Shown piece by piece: positions 10,470-20,836 of a stretch of DNA of 64,000 nucleotides. Source of the DNA: Candidatus Latescibacterota bacterium (lineage in GTDB: Bacteria > Latescibacterota > UBA2968 > GCA-2709665); NCBI GenBank assembly GCA_965222075.1, contig OZ244937.1, positions 1,408,001 to 1,472,000 on the forward strand, written 5' to 3'. The position numbers and the translations under genes are program-made. How positions within the stretch are numbered: position 1 is the first letter of the stretch; each line of letters opens with the position of its first letter. Below the pieces are notes generated by a model. That model searched no databases. It had not been told where the DNA came from and saw nothing but the letters and a program-made list of their open reading frames with translations.

Positions 10470-11492
10470 TCAGGCTGCGACTGCTTCCATCTCCTGCGAA
10501 TACCTGCCATAGCGCGCTGCGCTGTTGCACCTGGCCCGATGGTAGAAGACCCGCTGGGCCTCAGGCGCGTTTTCTGCCTTCCCTTTCCACGCGCTGCGCG
10601 CCGGATCCTGCAGCGCCCGCCCGTAGGAGAAGCTCAGCTCCCAGGGGTGGTCGCCCAGGGCGTTCATCGCATTGAGGTGCTCCGTGGACCGCTCCGGACT
10701 TTGACCACCGGAGAGGAACACGATCCCGGGCACGGCCGCCGGAACGGTCTGGCGCAAACAGCGCACGGTGGCCTCTGCAACCTCGTCCACCCCCGCCTGC
10801 TGCAGGCAGTTCGTGCCGGAGAGGACCATGCTGGCCTTAAGCAGTGTGCCCTCAAGCAGCACGTGGTGCTCAAACAATTCGGAATACACCCGGCTCAGGG
10901 TAGCTTCCGTGACCGCTTCGCACTGCGCGATCGTGTGGTCGCCTTCCATCAGCACCTCCGGCTCGACGATGGGGACCAGCCCCACGTCCTGGCAGAGGGC
11001 GGCATAGCGCGCCAGCGCATGCGCGTTCGCGTCAATACATGCGCGGGTCGGCATGCCCTCGCCGATGGTGGTCACCGCCCGCCACTTGCCAAACCGCGCC
11101 CCCAGGTCGCGGTACCCGGTGAGACGACCGCGGAGTCCGTCCAATCCTTCCGTAATCTGCTCACCGGGGAAACCGGCCAGATCCACAAGGCCCGTATCCG
11201 CCTTGATGCCGGGGATCATGCCCACCTGCGAGAGCAGTTCGGGAAAGGGCGTCCCATCCCCGGCCGTCTGACGCAGGGTCTCCTCGTAGAGAATGACGCC
11301 GCTGATGAATTCCTCAATCCCCGGCGTGGTGAACAGCATCTCCCGGTAGACACGGCGGTTGTCCTCCGTCGGTTCAAGGTGGATGCTCTCAAAACGGCGT
11401 TTGATGGTGCGATCGCTCTCATCGGCAGCCAGAATCCCTTTCCCTTCCGGGACGAGTGCCTGTGCTATAGATTCGAGTGCCTGTTTGTGCAT
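10470..11492 (-). CDS. Fructose-bisphosphate aldolase class I
   Basis: KGILAADES, VPIVEPEV, FLSGGQS, SFSYGRALQ; GAGGT RBS upstream of ATG 11492. Confidence 0.95.
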   Translation of the reverse strand: MHKQALESIAQALVPEGKGILAADESDRTIKRRFESIHLEPTEDNRRVYREMLFTTPGIEEFISGVILYEETLRQTAGDGTPFPELLSQVGMIPGIKADTGLVDLAGFPGEQITEGLDGLRGRLTGYRDLGARFGKWRAVTTIGEGMPTRACIDANAHALARYAALCQDVGLVPIVEPEVLMEGDHTIAQCEAVTEATLSRVYSELFEHHVLLEGTLLKASMVLSGTNCLQQAGVDEVAEATVRCLRQTVPAAVPGIVFLSGGQSPERSTEHLNAMNALGDHPWELSFSYGRALQDPARSAWKGKAENAPEAQRVFYHRARCNSAARYGRYSQEMEAVAA

Positions 11493-11653
11493 GGATACGA
11501 CCTCGTTGGGGGTGAAGGTTATGGATCTTCGGATTTCAACACAGAGGGATTCATCCGAATTTTTCAATTTGCAATTTGCAATTTTCTTGTATATTAAAGG
11601 TTTCAGAACCCTTCACCTGAAGCCTTTAACTTTTTATTATTATTTATCTTAAC

Positions 11654-12481
11654 ATGTTTAGCTCTCTCATCTACCAGATCTTCAGTCAACTCGCCGTAGG
11701 CGGCCTGATCGCCGTCCTGCTTGTGCCCCCATCGGCGGGCAAAAGCTTCTTCAGGTTCTGCGGCATCACCTGCCTGATTTTACTCATTCTGGCCCTCTGG
11801 GCCGGCCCCTATCCCCTGGCTCTCGTCGGCGACTTCCTCACCAACGCCAGCACCGGACACGCGCTCTCCCTCACGCTCCTCATCCTCACCGGCGCGTTGG
11901 CGCTCGGCTTCGTCATCGCCGTGGTCGCCGAGCGCCAGCCCCTGCAAAAGCCCCTCTTAGCCGGGGCGGGACTGCTGGGCGCTGCCGGGGTCCTGATCGA
12001 TGGCTTCCACGACGTGCCCGTCGACATGCCCGCCTTCGCCCCCCTGCTTGCGGCCCTCTACTTCCTCGTCTCCGCGCTCTTCCTGGGCAGTGTAATCTTT
12101 GCGATGATCCTGGGCCACTGGTACCTGGTAGTGCCCACCCTCCCCATCCATCCCCTCCGGTCGCTGACCCTGGCGATGGTTGTCACCACCCTGGTCAAAG
12201 TCCTGCTCGCGGGGCTAACCCTCTACCTTTTCTGGACGGCCGGGGGTCTTCAGGCCCGCGAGGTCCTGCGGTCATTTTTCGGGATTGGAGGGATCTTCTT
12301 CTGGACCCGGGTGCTCTTCGGGCTAATCGGCCCCATGGCCGTTGCCTATATGACGTGGGAAACGGTCAAGATCAACTCCACGCAGTCGGCGACCGGCCTG
12401 CTCTACGTGGCCACCATCTTTGTCCTGATCGGCGAAACGACTTCCAGGTATATCTTCTACACCACATCGATCCCCCTATAA
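11654..12481 (+). CDS. Multi-pass membrane protein of unknown function
   Basis: About 8 hydrophobic segments; ILGHWYLV and TQSATGLLY motifs. Confidence 0.7.
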   Translation: MFSSLIYQIFSQLAVGGLIAVLLVPPSAGKSFFRFCGITCLILLILALWAGPYPLALVGDFLTNASTGHALSLTLLILTGALALGFVIAVVAERQPLQKPLLAGAGLLGAAGVLIDGFHDVPVDMPAFAPLLAALYFLVSALFLGSVIFAMILGHWYLVVPTLPIHPLRSLTLAMVVTTLVKVLLAGLTLYLFWTAGGLQAREVLRSFFGIGGIFFWTRVLFGLIGPMAVAYMTWETVKINSTQSATGLLYVATIFVLIGETTSRYIFYTTSIPL

Positions 12482-12484
12482 GCT

Positions 12485-12937
12485 ATGGAAATCGCCTGCC
12501 GCTGTCCTCAGTGCCAGACTGCACACAGCATCGATCCGATCGGGGTCCAAAACTCGGTCGCCTGTTCTGCGTGTGGCAGCCGGATCCCGCTCGTCCCGTC
12601 CGAATCCATCCGGAAATACAACCTCGTGGATGCCTGTCCCCGGTGTGGAAAAACGACATTCTACATCCAGCGCGACTTCAACCAGAGGCTGGGACTTGGC
12701 ATCATGATCCTCTTTGCCCTCATCGGGCTGGTCTTTGTCTGGCTGGACCGCCCCCTCTATTTCTACCTCAGCCTGGGGGCGGGTGCCCTGCTCGACCTCC
12801 TGCTCTACGTGATGCTGCCGGAAGTCACCATCTGTTATGCCTGTAAGACCGCCTTTCGAAACGTGTCAAAAAATCCGGACCATAAACCGTTCGACCTGCA
12901 CATCGCCGACATCTACGACAACCGCTCGAAGGGATAG
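12485..12937 (+). CDS. Zinc-ribbon membrane protein
   Basis: CPQC, CSAC, CPRC and CYAC motifs flanking two TM helices. Confidence 0.75.
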   Translation: MEIACRCPQCQTAHSIDPIGVQNSVACSACGSRIPLVPSESIRKYNLVDACPRCGKTTFYIQRDFNQRLGLGIMILFALIGLVFVWLDRPLYFYLSLGAGALLDLLLYVMLPEVTICYACKTAFRNVSKNPDHKPFDLHIADIYDNRSKG

Positions 12938-12958
12938 CACCCCCCAGGGCCTTCCTCT

Positions 12959-13537
12959 TTACGCTTCGCGCCTTCTGCCCAGCAGGTCCAGGAATTCTTC
13001 TCGTGTGCCCCGCTCCTTTTTGAACACGCCCCGAACGGCCGACGTGGTCGTCCACGTGCCGGGCTTTTCCACCCCTCTCATCTCCATGCACAGATGCCGG
13101 GCCTCTACGACCACCATGGCGCCCTTTGGGGTGAGTTCCCGCTCCAGATATTCGGCGATCTGATGCGTCATCCGTTCCTGGATTTGGGGCCGCCTGGCGT
13201 GGTACTCCGCCACCCGGGCAAGCTTGCTCAGCCCCACAATTTTGTCCGTAGGAATATAGGCCACATGTGCATGCCCCCAGAAGGGCATCAGGTGGTGCGC
13301 GCACATCGAATAGAACGCGATATCCGTCATCACCACCATATCCTCGAACCCCTCTTCGTTGGGAAATACGGTCATCCCGGGTTCGTTTTCACGATCCAAC
13401 CCCTCAAAAATCTCCAGATACATGCGGGAAAACCGCTCGGGCGTGTCCCGGAGGTGGGGATCGTTCAGGTCCAGATTCAGAACTTTCATAATCTCAGCAA
13501 TGTGATAGCTGATCCGCTCCATCCTGTCTTCAGCCAT
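12959..13537 (-). CDS. folE: GTP cyclohydrolase I
   Basis: DTPER, SMCAHHLMPF, GLSKLAR, RPQIQER, HLCMEMRG. Confidence 0.95.
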   Translation of the reverse strand: MAEDRMERISYHIAEIMKVLNLDLNDPHLRDTPERFSRMYLEIFEGLDRENEPGMTVFPNEEGFEDMVVMTDIAFYSMCAHHLMPFWGHAHVAYIPTDKIVGLSKLARVAEYHARRPQIQERMTHQIAEYLERELTPKGAMVVVEARHLCMEMRGVEKPGTWTTTSAVRGVFKKERGTREEFLDLLGRRREA

Positions 13538-13625
13538 ACGCTCCTCTCATCCCCATTGAAGGCCCATTTCCCGTATATTTCAGGTCCCGGCGCCCGCCAG
13601 TAGACCCGTTTTGCCAGATGACGTA

Positions 13626-13654
13626 AGTATATACGGAAACCGCCCGAACGTCAA
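13626..13654 (-). promoter_or_regulatory. Sigma70-type promoter for folE
   Basis: TTGACG-N17-TATACT on the minus strand. Confidence 0.65.
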
Positions 13655-13874
13655 GCAATTTGATCTCATATCCCTTCGTATAACACATTGAATTTCAACC
13701 TGCTAAGGCCTTTGTATCACGCTTCCTTTTAAACACGTCCCACCTTGTCCCAACTCCGGACCTGCCCGCTGTCAACAGATCGTCTTGCAGGAGACATCTC
13801 CTGTTGGGCCTTTACATTGTGTTAAGTTTTTATGAAACATAGCCATACTCTTTACAAAAAGGGTCGAAAATCTG

Positions 13875-13903
13875 TTGACGGAAATCCTTTTTCAGCGTAC
13901 CAT
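13875..13903 (+). promoter_or_regulatory. Sigma70-type promoter for the defence island
   Basis: TTGACG-N17-TACCAT about 115 bp upstream of the DUF499 start. Confidence 0.6.
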
Positions 13904-14018
13904 AACAACGGCTGATTGTGATTTTGGACGTGACTCAGTGCCCTGATTCGCTGGATTCATTGACGAGAACCCGAAATTTTCGCCATAAAGGGCGCAGCGA
14001 ACAGGCGGAGCACAAGCC

Positions 14019-17000
14019 ATGACCATCCCGACCATATTCGAGACATGCCGTCCACGCGCGGATGTTCTCAAGGGAGCGATTACCGAGGCCGATTTCGCGG
14101 CGGACCTGGCCCAGGTCATCACCGGCACGGGAAATGCCGAATATCTTGACCCGGCCCGTTTCTTCGCCAACACCTATCCCACAAGGGGCCTCAAGAACCT
14201 GCTCGCCAATGTCTGCCGACGGCTGACCGGTGCGGGCGGTGAAGTCGCATCTATTTTCCGGCTCGACACCTCCTACGGCGGCGGCAAGACCCACGGGCTG
14301 ATCGCGTTGTGCCATGCCGCACGCGGCATGCAGGGTGTGTCGGGTATTGCGGAATTTGTCGATCCCTCCCTCCTGCCGCAGAGCCACGTCCGCATCGCCG
14401 CCTTCGATGGCGAAAACGCCGATCCGGCCAATGGCCGGACGATGAAAGACGGTCTTCTCGCTTACACCCCCTGGGGCGAGATCGCTTATGCGCTTGCCGG
14501 CAAGGATGGGTATGCGCGGGTGCGCAAGAGCGATGAGAGTCGCATCGCGCCCGGCGCCGAGACCCTGCGTGAGCTGTTCGGCGGTGAGCCGGTGCTGATC
14601 CTGCTCGACGAGCTGTCGGTTTACCTGCGCAAGGTGCGCAATCTCGAAGATGCCCGCGATCAACTGACCGCGTTCCTGACCTCGCTGTTCAAGGCCGTCG
14701 AAAGCGCGCCTGACGCCGTCCTGGTCTATACACTGGCGATCGGCAAGGACGGGCGGGCGACCGACGCCTACAACGAAGAGAACCAGTTCATCGCCGACAA
14801 CATGGCGGAAGCGGAGAGTGTTTCCGCGCGCAAGGCAACGCTTTTGAACCCCACCGAGGAGGACGAAATGGTTCAAGTCCTCCTCCGCCGCCTGTTCGAG
14901 TCCATCGATGAGACGAGGGTTCCGGCCATCATCGATGCCTACCGGGATCGCTGGGCAGCCAACAGAGAGTCCCTGACTGGCGATGCCGCCCGCTCCGAGA
15001 CCGCCGAGACCTTCCGGTCGAGTTACCCGCTGCATCCGGACGTTCTGGAAACCCTGACCGGCAAGACGGCGACGCTCGGCAATTTTCAGCGAGTACGCGG
15101 CATGCTGCGGCTGCTGGCGCGCACGATCTCGCATCTTTGGGAGAAGAAGCCCAAGGATGCGACCGCGATCCATCTTCACCATATCGATCCCGGCTACGAA
15201 CCGATTCGTCAGGAGATCGTGACGCGCCTCGGGCAATCCGCCTACGTACCGGCCATTACCCACGATATCGCCGCCGGACCGGTCGAGAAGAAGGCACTGG
15301 CGCAGGAGATTGATGCCGGGCATCACGGCGGCATGCCACCGTATGCGGTCTACGTTGCCCGCACCATCTTCATGCACACGCTGGCCTTCAACGATCCGCT
15401 CAAGGGGATTTCGCCGGAGCAGCTGCGCTATTCGGTCCTGGGTCCCACAACGGACATCAGCTTTATCGAGGAGGCGCGCAAGAAGTTCATCTCCGAATCC
15501 GCCTACCTTGACGACCGCCCCGGCGCGCCGATGCGCTTTCTCGCCGAGGCCAATCTGCGCCAGATCATCCGCCGCGAGGAACACCACGTCGATGCCGGGG
15601 AAGCCCGCGCCGAGCTCAACGACTGCATCCGTGAGATATTTGGTGGCAAGACGTTCGAGACGGTGTCCTTTCCCGGGGGGCCGTTCGACGTTCCCGATGA
15701 GGTCGGCGACGGCCGGCCGAAGCTCGCCGTCCTGGCCTATGACGGCCTGACCATCGGTAGCTCGGTTGATGACGTGCCTGAGTTAATCGAGCGGATTTAC
15801 ACCCGGAAAGGCTCGGAGGGTTCGGCCTTGCGGGCGCTTCGAAACAATCTGGTATTCGTGGTCGCGGACGATGCCCGTAAGGAGGAGATGCATCGCAAGA
15901 CCTTTCATCGTCTGGCACTGCGAGAACTGAAAAAGCCGGAACGCCTCAGCGATCTGGCGGAGCACCAGCAGGCCCAGGTGCGTGAGATGGAAGCCCGATC
16001 CGAGCAGGAACTCGCGATCGCCATTCAACAGTGCTATCGGCACGTTTTCTACCCATCCCGCAACCGGGTTGGCGCGAGTGACGTCGACCTGGCCCATTCG
16101 GCGATCGACATCCATTCCACTTCCGATCGGCCTGGCGCGGGCCAGCAACAAATTGTGCGGGCATTATGCAACCTCAGTAAGCTGCGCCTGTCCGAGGACC
16201 AGCCGGACTCGCCCGCCTATGTGCGCGACCGCACACCGCTCAAGAAGGGTCAAATCACCACGCTGGCGCTGCGCGACGAGTTCAGGCGCGATCCTGCCCT
16301 CCCAATCCTGATTGGCGATGACATCTTCATTCGTGGCGTACGGCGCGGCATCGAGCAGGGCGAATACGTCTACCAACGCGGTGAGTTGCTGTTCGGACCG
16401 GGCGATCCGTCGGCCGGCATCATGATCGACGAGCAATCCGTGGTCTTCACCATGGCCTATGCGAAGAATACCGGCATCTGGCCACGGCAAAAGCCCGATG
16501 AACCCGCGCAGACGGAACCGGGTGGTGGGGAGCCGGGCTGGCGAGCCAAGTCGCCCGGTGGCGAGCCAGGCGCGAGCTTCGCCTCGGGGCCGGTTGGAGG
16601 CTATTCTGTCGGGAAGGCGCCCGGATCGTTGACCGCCGAGGGCGTTCTCAGAGAAGCATTGATCCAGTTGTGGGAGCAGGCCCGGGCGAAGGAAGTCGAG
16701 ACCATCGGGGTTTTGAACATCCGCATGTTCGAGGCAGGCGACGCCTTCCGGCTTTTCGGCGCCGTGGGCGCCGTATCCGGAGCAGAAAAGATCGTCACCC
16801 TCACGGGCGGCTACGAAACCCGTGAGGGTGGATCGTTCGAGTTGACGTTTCAGGGTCCGGTATCGGACGCCCAGCCGGTGAAGGAGTTTCTGGAACCCCA
16901 GCTTCGGGACGCAAGTTCCAGTAACCTCGAGGCGGGTTTCCAGTTGACCTTTGCCGAGGGGCTTTCCATGCAGGGCGACGCGGCGGAGAAGCTCACCGAG

Positions 17001-17063
17001 CGCCTTGCCCGGTTTGCGAGCGGGGCTGCCTACGTGTCGGCCACGGCGGAGGTCAAGGCTTAA
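14019..17063 (+). CDS. DUF499 family AAA+ ATPase (restriction-like defence backbone)
   Basis: FFANTYPT, Walker A YGGGKTH, Walker B LILLDE, YPLHP, FQRVRGMLR. Confidence 0.9.
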   Translation: MTIPTIFETCRPRADVLKGAITEADFAADLAQVITGTGNAEYLDPARFFANTYPTRGLKNLLANVCRRLTGAGGEVASIFRLDTSYGGGKTHGLIALCHAARGMQGVSGIAEFVDPSLLPQSHVRIAAFDGENADPANGRTMKDGLLAYTPWGEIAYALAGKDGYARVRKSDESRIAPGAETLRELFGGEPVLILLDELSVYLRKVRNLEDARDQLTAFLTSLFKAVESAPDAVLVYTLAIGKDGRATDAYNEENQFIADNMAEAESVSARKATLLNPTEEDEMVQVLLRRLFESIDETRVPAIIDAYRDRWAANRESLTGDAARSETAETFRSSYPLHPDVLETLTGKTATLGNFQRVRGMLRLLARTISHLWEKKPKDATAIHLHHIDPGYEPIRQEIVTRLGQSAYVPAITHDIAAGPVEKKALAQEIDAGHHGGMPPYAVYVARTIFMHTLAFNDPLKGISPEQLRYSVLGPTTDISFIEEARKKFISESAYLDDRPGAPMRFLAEANLRQIIRREEHHVDAGEARAELNDCIREIFGGKTFETVSFPGGPFDVPDEVGDGRPKLAVLAYDGLTIGSSVDDVPELIERIYTRKGSEGSALRALRNNLVFVVADDARKEEMHRKTFHRLALRELKKPERLSDLAEHQQAQVREMEARSEQELAIAIQQCYRHVFYPSRNRVGASDVDLAHSAIDIHSTSDRPGAGQQQIVRALCNLSKLRLSEDQPDSPAYVRDRTPLKKGQITTLALRDEFRRDPALPILIGDDIFIRGVRRGIEQGEYVYQRGELLFGPGDPSAGIMIDEQSVVFTMAYAKNTGIWPRQKPDEPAQTEPGGGEPGWRAKSPGGEPGASFASGPVGGYSVGKAPGSLTAEGVLREALIQLWEQARAKEVETIGVLNIRMFEAGDAFRLFGAVGAVSGAEKIVTLTGGYETREGGSFELTFQGPVSDAQPVKEFLEPQLRDASSSNLEAGFQLTFAEGLSMQGDAAEKLTERLARFASGAAYVSATAEVKA

Positions 17064-17064
17064 A

Positions 17065-17541
17065 ATGGCGGGCCTGGAGAGAATCGCCCAGATCGAGACG
17101 CCGGACTCCGCGCCCCGGTACGAGTTGCGGGTGCGCCGTCACGGGCCGGCCAGTACCGAGTATGAAATCTGGCAGATGCCCGCGACAGCCACGCCGCAGG
17201 TCACATCACCGCTGCGTGTCGCGGGGCTTCGGGGCCGCAACCTCGAATTGGTGGAGCACCGGGTGCTGAAGCGGCTTTCTCGATCCGGCGTCAAGCCGGA
17301 GCGGAGCGTGGGCACCAGGAAGCGCGGCTATACCCTCACGGAAGATCTGGCGCTGACGCTGGGGCTGCTGTTCCGCACACTTGCCCCGATGCGCAGCCGC
17401 CACAACATGCGGGCGGTGGCCGAGGGCATCGAGGCCATGGGGCGCGAGGAGGCCGCCTACTGGCTCGGCATGGCGATGCACCGCCAGCATCCGCGCCGGG
17501 TGCTGGCGGCGTTGCGGTTCCTGCTGACTGAGCCGAAATGA
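17065..17541 (+). CDS. Small conserved partner protein of DUF499 systems (occupies the DUF3780-type position)
   Basis: ATG 2 nt after the DUF499 stop; 158 aa; EEAAYWLGMA motif; stop overlaps the next ATG. Confidence 0.7.
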   Translation: MAGLERIAQIETPDSAPRYELRVRRHGPASTEYEIWQMPATATPQVTSPLRVAGLRGRNLELVEHRVLKRLSRSGVKPERSVGTRKRGYTLTEDLALTLGLLFRTLAPMRSRHNMRAVAEGIEAMGREEAAYWLGMAMHRQHPRRVLAALRFLLTEPK

Positions 17542-18692
17542 TGAGCGGACAGGCTGGTATACAAAAGACACCGAGGGACGACGCCATGGAAACTCAACAA
17601 TCCGGTCGGCTAGCCGACGATGAACAAATCGAAGGCCTGGACCCCAAGAGCGAATCGTGGGGCGACTACCCCATTGACGACCTATTGATCCGGAACGAGA
17701 GTCGAACGATTTTCGATATCATCCGACGGATCAAGAAGGGCGACTATGTTATGAATCCAGACTTCCAGCGAGACTTCATCTGGCCGGAAGACAAGCAAAG
17801 CAAGCTGATCGAATCCGTGATCATGCGGATTCCCCTGCCGGTATTCTATTTGGCGGAAGATGACGAAGGGCGGATGGTGGTCGTGGACGGTTTGCAGCGT
17901 CTGATCACATTTCAAAGATTCGTGAAGGGCGATCTGAAGCTGCACCTACCCGACCGCGACGAACTCAATGGCAAAAAGTTCTCCGACCTCTCGTCCAAAC
18001 TCCAGAACCGTATTGAAGATTGCAATCTGATTCTTTACACCATTGACGCGAAGGTGCCGGAACGTACCCGTCTGGATATCTTCGATCGGGTGAATAGCGG
18101 TGAGCCGCTCACCCGGCAACAGATGCGCAACAGTCTGTTCATGGGACAGGCGACCCGCTTCCTGAAAGAGGAAGCACAGACCGATATTTTCCTTGAGGCA
18201 ACAGGCGAGAGTTTGAATTCAAAAAAAATGAGGGATCGGGAGTTCGTCAATCGATTTTGCGCCTTTCAACTCCTTGACCTTGATGTGTATCGCGGTGATA
18301 TGGACGATTTCCTTGCTACATGCCTGCGTAAAATGAATGAGATGGAAAACTCTGACCTATCGCGATTATCCGAAGAATTTCACAGGGGCCTTGCCAATAA
18401 CCTTGTGCTGTTTGGTCGGCACGCGTTCAGAAAACACACGCCGGAACAGGGATGGCGCAGTGTTCTTAATGCGTCCCTCTGGGATGTGATGTCTACCGGT
18501 TTGTCGCGTTACGCCGAAGACCGGGTCATGGAGTGCGCCGCGCCCCTTTGCCAAGCCGTCTATCGGTTGCTCGGTGACGAGGAGTTTGTCACTGCAATCA
18601 CTTATGGGCCGAACGGCGCCAGAAAGGTAAAACGCCGGTTCCAGATGACTCGGGGAAAATTTGAGGAGATCCTGGATGCTTACACGGATTGA
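17538..18692 (+). CDS. DUF262 (GmrSD N-terminal/ParB-like) protein; Menshen NsnA-like
   Basis: PDFQRDFIW, LIES, VVDGLQRL, IFDRVNSG; alternative start at 17586. Confidence 0.85.
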   Translation: MMSGQAGIQKTPRDDAMETQQSGRLADDEQIEGLDPKSESWGDYPIDDLLIRNESRTIFDIIRRIKKGDYVMNPDFQRDFIWPEDKQSKLIESVIMRIPLPVFYLAEDDEGRMVVVDGLQRLITFQRFVKGDLKLHLPDRDELNGKKFSDLSSKLQNRIEDCNLILYTIDAKVPERTRLDIFDRVNSGEPLTRQQMRNSLFMGQATRFLKEEAQTDIFLEATGESLNSKKMRDREFVNRFCAFQLLDLDVYRGDMDDFLATCLRKMNEMENSDLSRLSEEFHRGLANNLVLFGRHAFRKHTPEQGWRSVLNASLWDVMSTGLSRYAEDRVMECAAPLCQAVYRLLGDEEFVTAITYGPNGARKVKRRFQMTRGKFEEILDAYTD

Positions 18693-19842
18693 TCTGCGGC
18701 ATTTCAAATGCTTCGAAATGTTGAAGCTGCCGATGCGTCCGCTGACCCTGCTGTCCGGCGCCAATGCCTCCGGGAAATCGTCCGTGCTACAGGCACTTGT
18801 CCTGCTACATCAGACGATGCGCGAACAGGAATGGTCGACGCGCCTGATGCTCAACGGCGGCACCGTCCGGCTCGGCACCGTAACCGACGTGATCGATCAG
18901 GTTCACGGGCGCCGCGCTTGCGAGATCGCGTTGCTGGACGGTGATGAGGCGTATTTTCGATGGGAATTCGAGGGCGAACCCGATGAGATGTCGATGGCGG
19001 TGACGCACGTCTATGTCGATGGCGTTGACGGTCTCGACGTGGACGAATTCGAGCCGCTTCACTACTTACTGCCTCACCGCCTGCCGACGCCGTCGGGTGC
19101 CGAATCATTGACCGACCGTCTTCGTGGGCTCGCCTACCTGACCGCCGAGAGGCTGGGGCCGCGTGAGACCTATCCATTGGAGGATCCTCAGCATACGTCC
19201 GTCGTCGGTCCAAGGGGAGAACACGCAGTCAGCGTCCTGCACTCTGGCCGTGGCCTGCGTGTTCTGGACGGCTTGGCGATCGCGGGCGTACCGCCGACCC
19301 GGCTGCGGCAAGTTGAAGCACGTATGGGCCGCTTTTTCCCGGGTTGCGAGTTGATTGTCGATAAGATTCCTCAAGCCAACGCGGTAACTTTGGGAATTCG
19401 GACATCGAGGAGTACGGACTTCCATCGTCCGATTCATACCGGCTTTGGGTTGACGCAGGTCCTCCCAATCGTGGTGGCGGCCTTGTCCGCAGATAAGGGT
19501 GGCTTGCTACTGATCGAGAATCCGGAAGTACATCTCCACCCCGCCGGGCAAGCGGCGATAGGCGAATTTCTCGCCGAAGTCGCGGCTGTGGGCGTGCAGG
19601 TCATTCTCGAGACGCATAGCGACCACGTGTTGAACGGCATTCGGCGGGCCGTCAAGAAAAGGGGTTTGGCTCCCGACGATGCCGCCCTGCACTTCTTTCG
19701 ACTGCGGCAGGATGATGAACAGGAGGGTGCTGTGCAGGTGGCAAGCCCGATCCTGGACCGCGACGGCAATGTCGACATGTGGCCGGAGGGATTTTTCGAC
19801 CAGTTCGACAAGGACATGAATTATTTCGCCGGCTGGAGTTGA
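18676..19842 (+). CDS. ABC-type ATPase with DUF3696 C-terminus; Menshen NsnB-like
   Basis: GANASGKSS, GFGLTQVLP, IENPEVHLHP, ETHSDH, WPEGFFDQ. Confidence 0.85.
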   Translation: MLTRIDLRHFKCFEMLKLPMRPLTLLSGANASGKSSVLQALVLLHQTMREQEWSTRLMLNGGTVRLGTVTDVIDQVHGRRACEIALLDGDEAYFRWEFEGEPDEMSMAVTHVYVDGVDGLDVDEFEPLHYLLPHRLPTPSGAESLTDRLRGLAYLTAERLGPRETYPLEDPQHTSVVGPRGEHAVSVLHSGRGLRVLDGLAIAGVPPTRLRQVEARMGRFFPGCELIVDKIPQANAVTLGIRTSRSTDFHRPIHTGFGLTQVLPIVVAALSADKGGLLLIENPEVHLHPAGQAAIGEFLAEVAAVGVQVILETHSDHVLNGIRRAVKKRGLAPDDAALHFFRLRQDDEQEGAVQVASPILDRDGNVDMWPEGFFDQFDKDMNYFAGWS

Positions 19843-19843
19843 C

Positions 19844-20806
19844 ATGGAATTCTTCGCCAACGACCTGTCGATTCACGGACAATTCTACGACATACCTTTG
19901 TTTCGCGATGCGCTTGCGCGGCTGATGGCCATGCGCAACGCAGCCCGGCGCTTCGGTCGGCAGGTGTATTGCCATCGAGCGTTCACGAGTGTCGAGCCGA
20001 TCCCAGACGTGCCGATGCAGCAAGCAGTGCAGCGTCTTAAGAAGGACGAGCAACGGTCCGTGATGAGTTGGCTAACGAAGGGCGGGCCGTTCTGGGACGA
20101 TCTTCGCAAGCATGGCCCAGCCGACTGGCTGGAATGCCGGGGCGAGGTGGTTACGGATTCCGCCGTGGGGGAAGCGGCGTATCGAAAATTGCATGCCATC
20201 GAATGCGGTCTGGTCAGCGTCACACCGTCCAATTGGGACTTCTCGCCTGTGGCGGTGACTTGGCGACGGGAGGCAGAAGGATTAGAAGACCAGCACACAG
20301 ACCTCGACAACTGGCGAGACGCCTTCACGCTGGAAGAAATGCTGCGCGATGCAGCGCCGCCAATTCGGTCATGGGACGATTTACAAGATTCCTCGACGAA
20401 CCGGTTCAGGAGCCTGACGTTCGCTGGCGACTGCTTCAAGCCGCTTGTAGGGATTCCGTTCTCCGAGAGCGCAGCGGACCGCATCCTCTTCCTACTCGGC
20501 ATTCTGGATCAATTCGCACGTGCCTTCGACGCGGACGGTGCGCGGACATCCGAAGGCCATGGGATTTACCAGAACTACTTTACAGGCGGCGAGAATGCGT
20601 TGTTTTCGGACTCATCACCCCGGGAGAAGCGCAATTTCCGTAATGAATTGACCTTTCCTTACCCGGAGAGTCCTGAAAAGTCCTTGTGCTGCACCTGGCA
20701 TGGCAAGGAGCGTCACATGATGCTTCGCCTGCACTTCTCCTGGCCCATCCAATCCGGCAAGCCGGTTTACGTCGTATATGTCGGCCCTAAGATCACCAAG
20801 CGGTAA
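19844..20806 (+). CDS. Putative effector, C-terminus resembling a RelE-like nuclease; Menshen NsnC-like
   Basis: Third gene of the DUF262-DUF3696 operon; WHGK...RLHF...VYVVYVGP tail. Confidence 0.6.
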   Translation: MEFFANDLSIHGQFYDIPLFRDALARLMAMRNAARRFGRQVYCHRAFTSVEPIPDVPMQQAVQRLKKDEQRSVMSWLTKGGPFWDDLRKHGPADWLECRGEVVTDSAVGEAAYRKLHAIECGLVSVTPSNWDFSPVAVTWRREAEGLEDQHTDLDNWRDAFTLEEMLRDAAPPIRSWDDLQDSSTNRFRSLTFAGDCFKPLVGIPFSESAADRILFLLGILDQFARAFDADGARTSEGHGIYQNYFTGGENALFSDSSPREKRNFRNELTFPYPESPEKSLCCTWHGKERHMMLRLHFSWPIQSGKPVYVVYVGPKITKR

Positions 20807-20836
20807 GGCGACGATGACAACCACGGAACGAGACAC

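Noticed and set aside
13935-15587. 550-aa minus-strand ORF; likewise 37516..39186, 43725..45254, 53551..54900 and 60384..61898
   Set aside because: Overlap well-supported genes on the opposite strand and show no recognisable motifs
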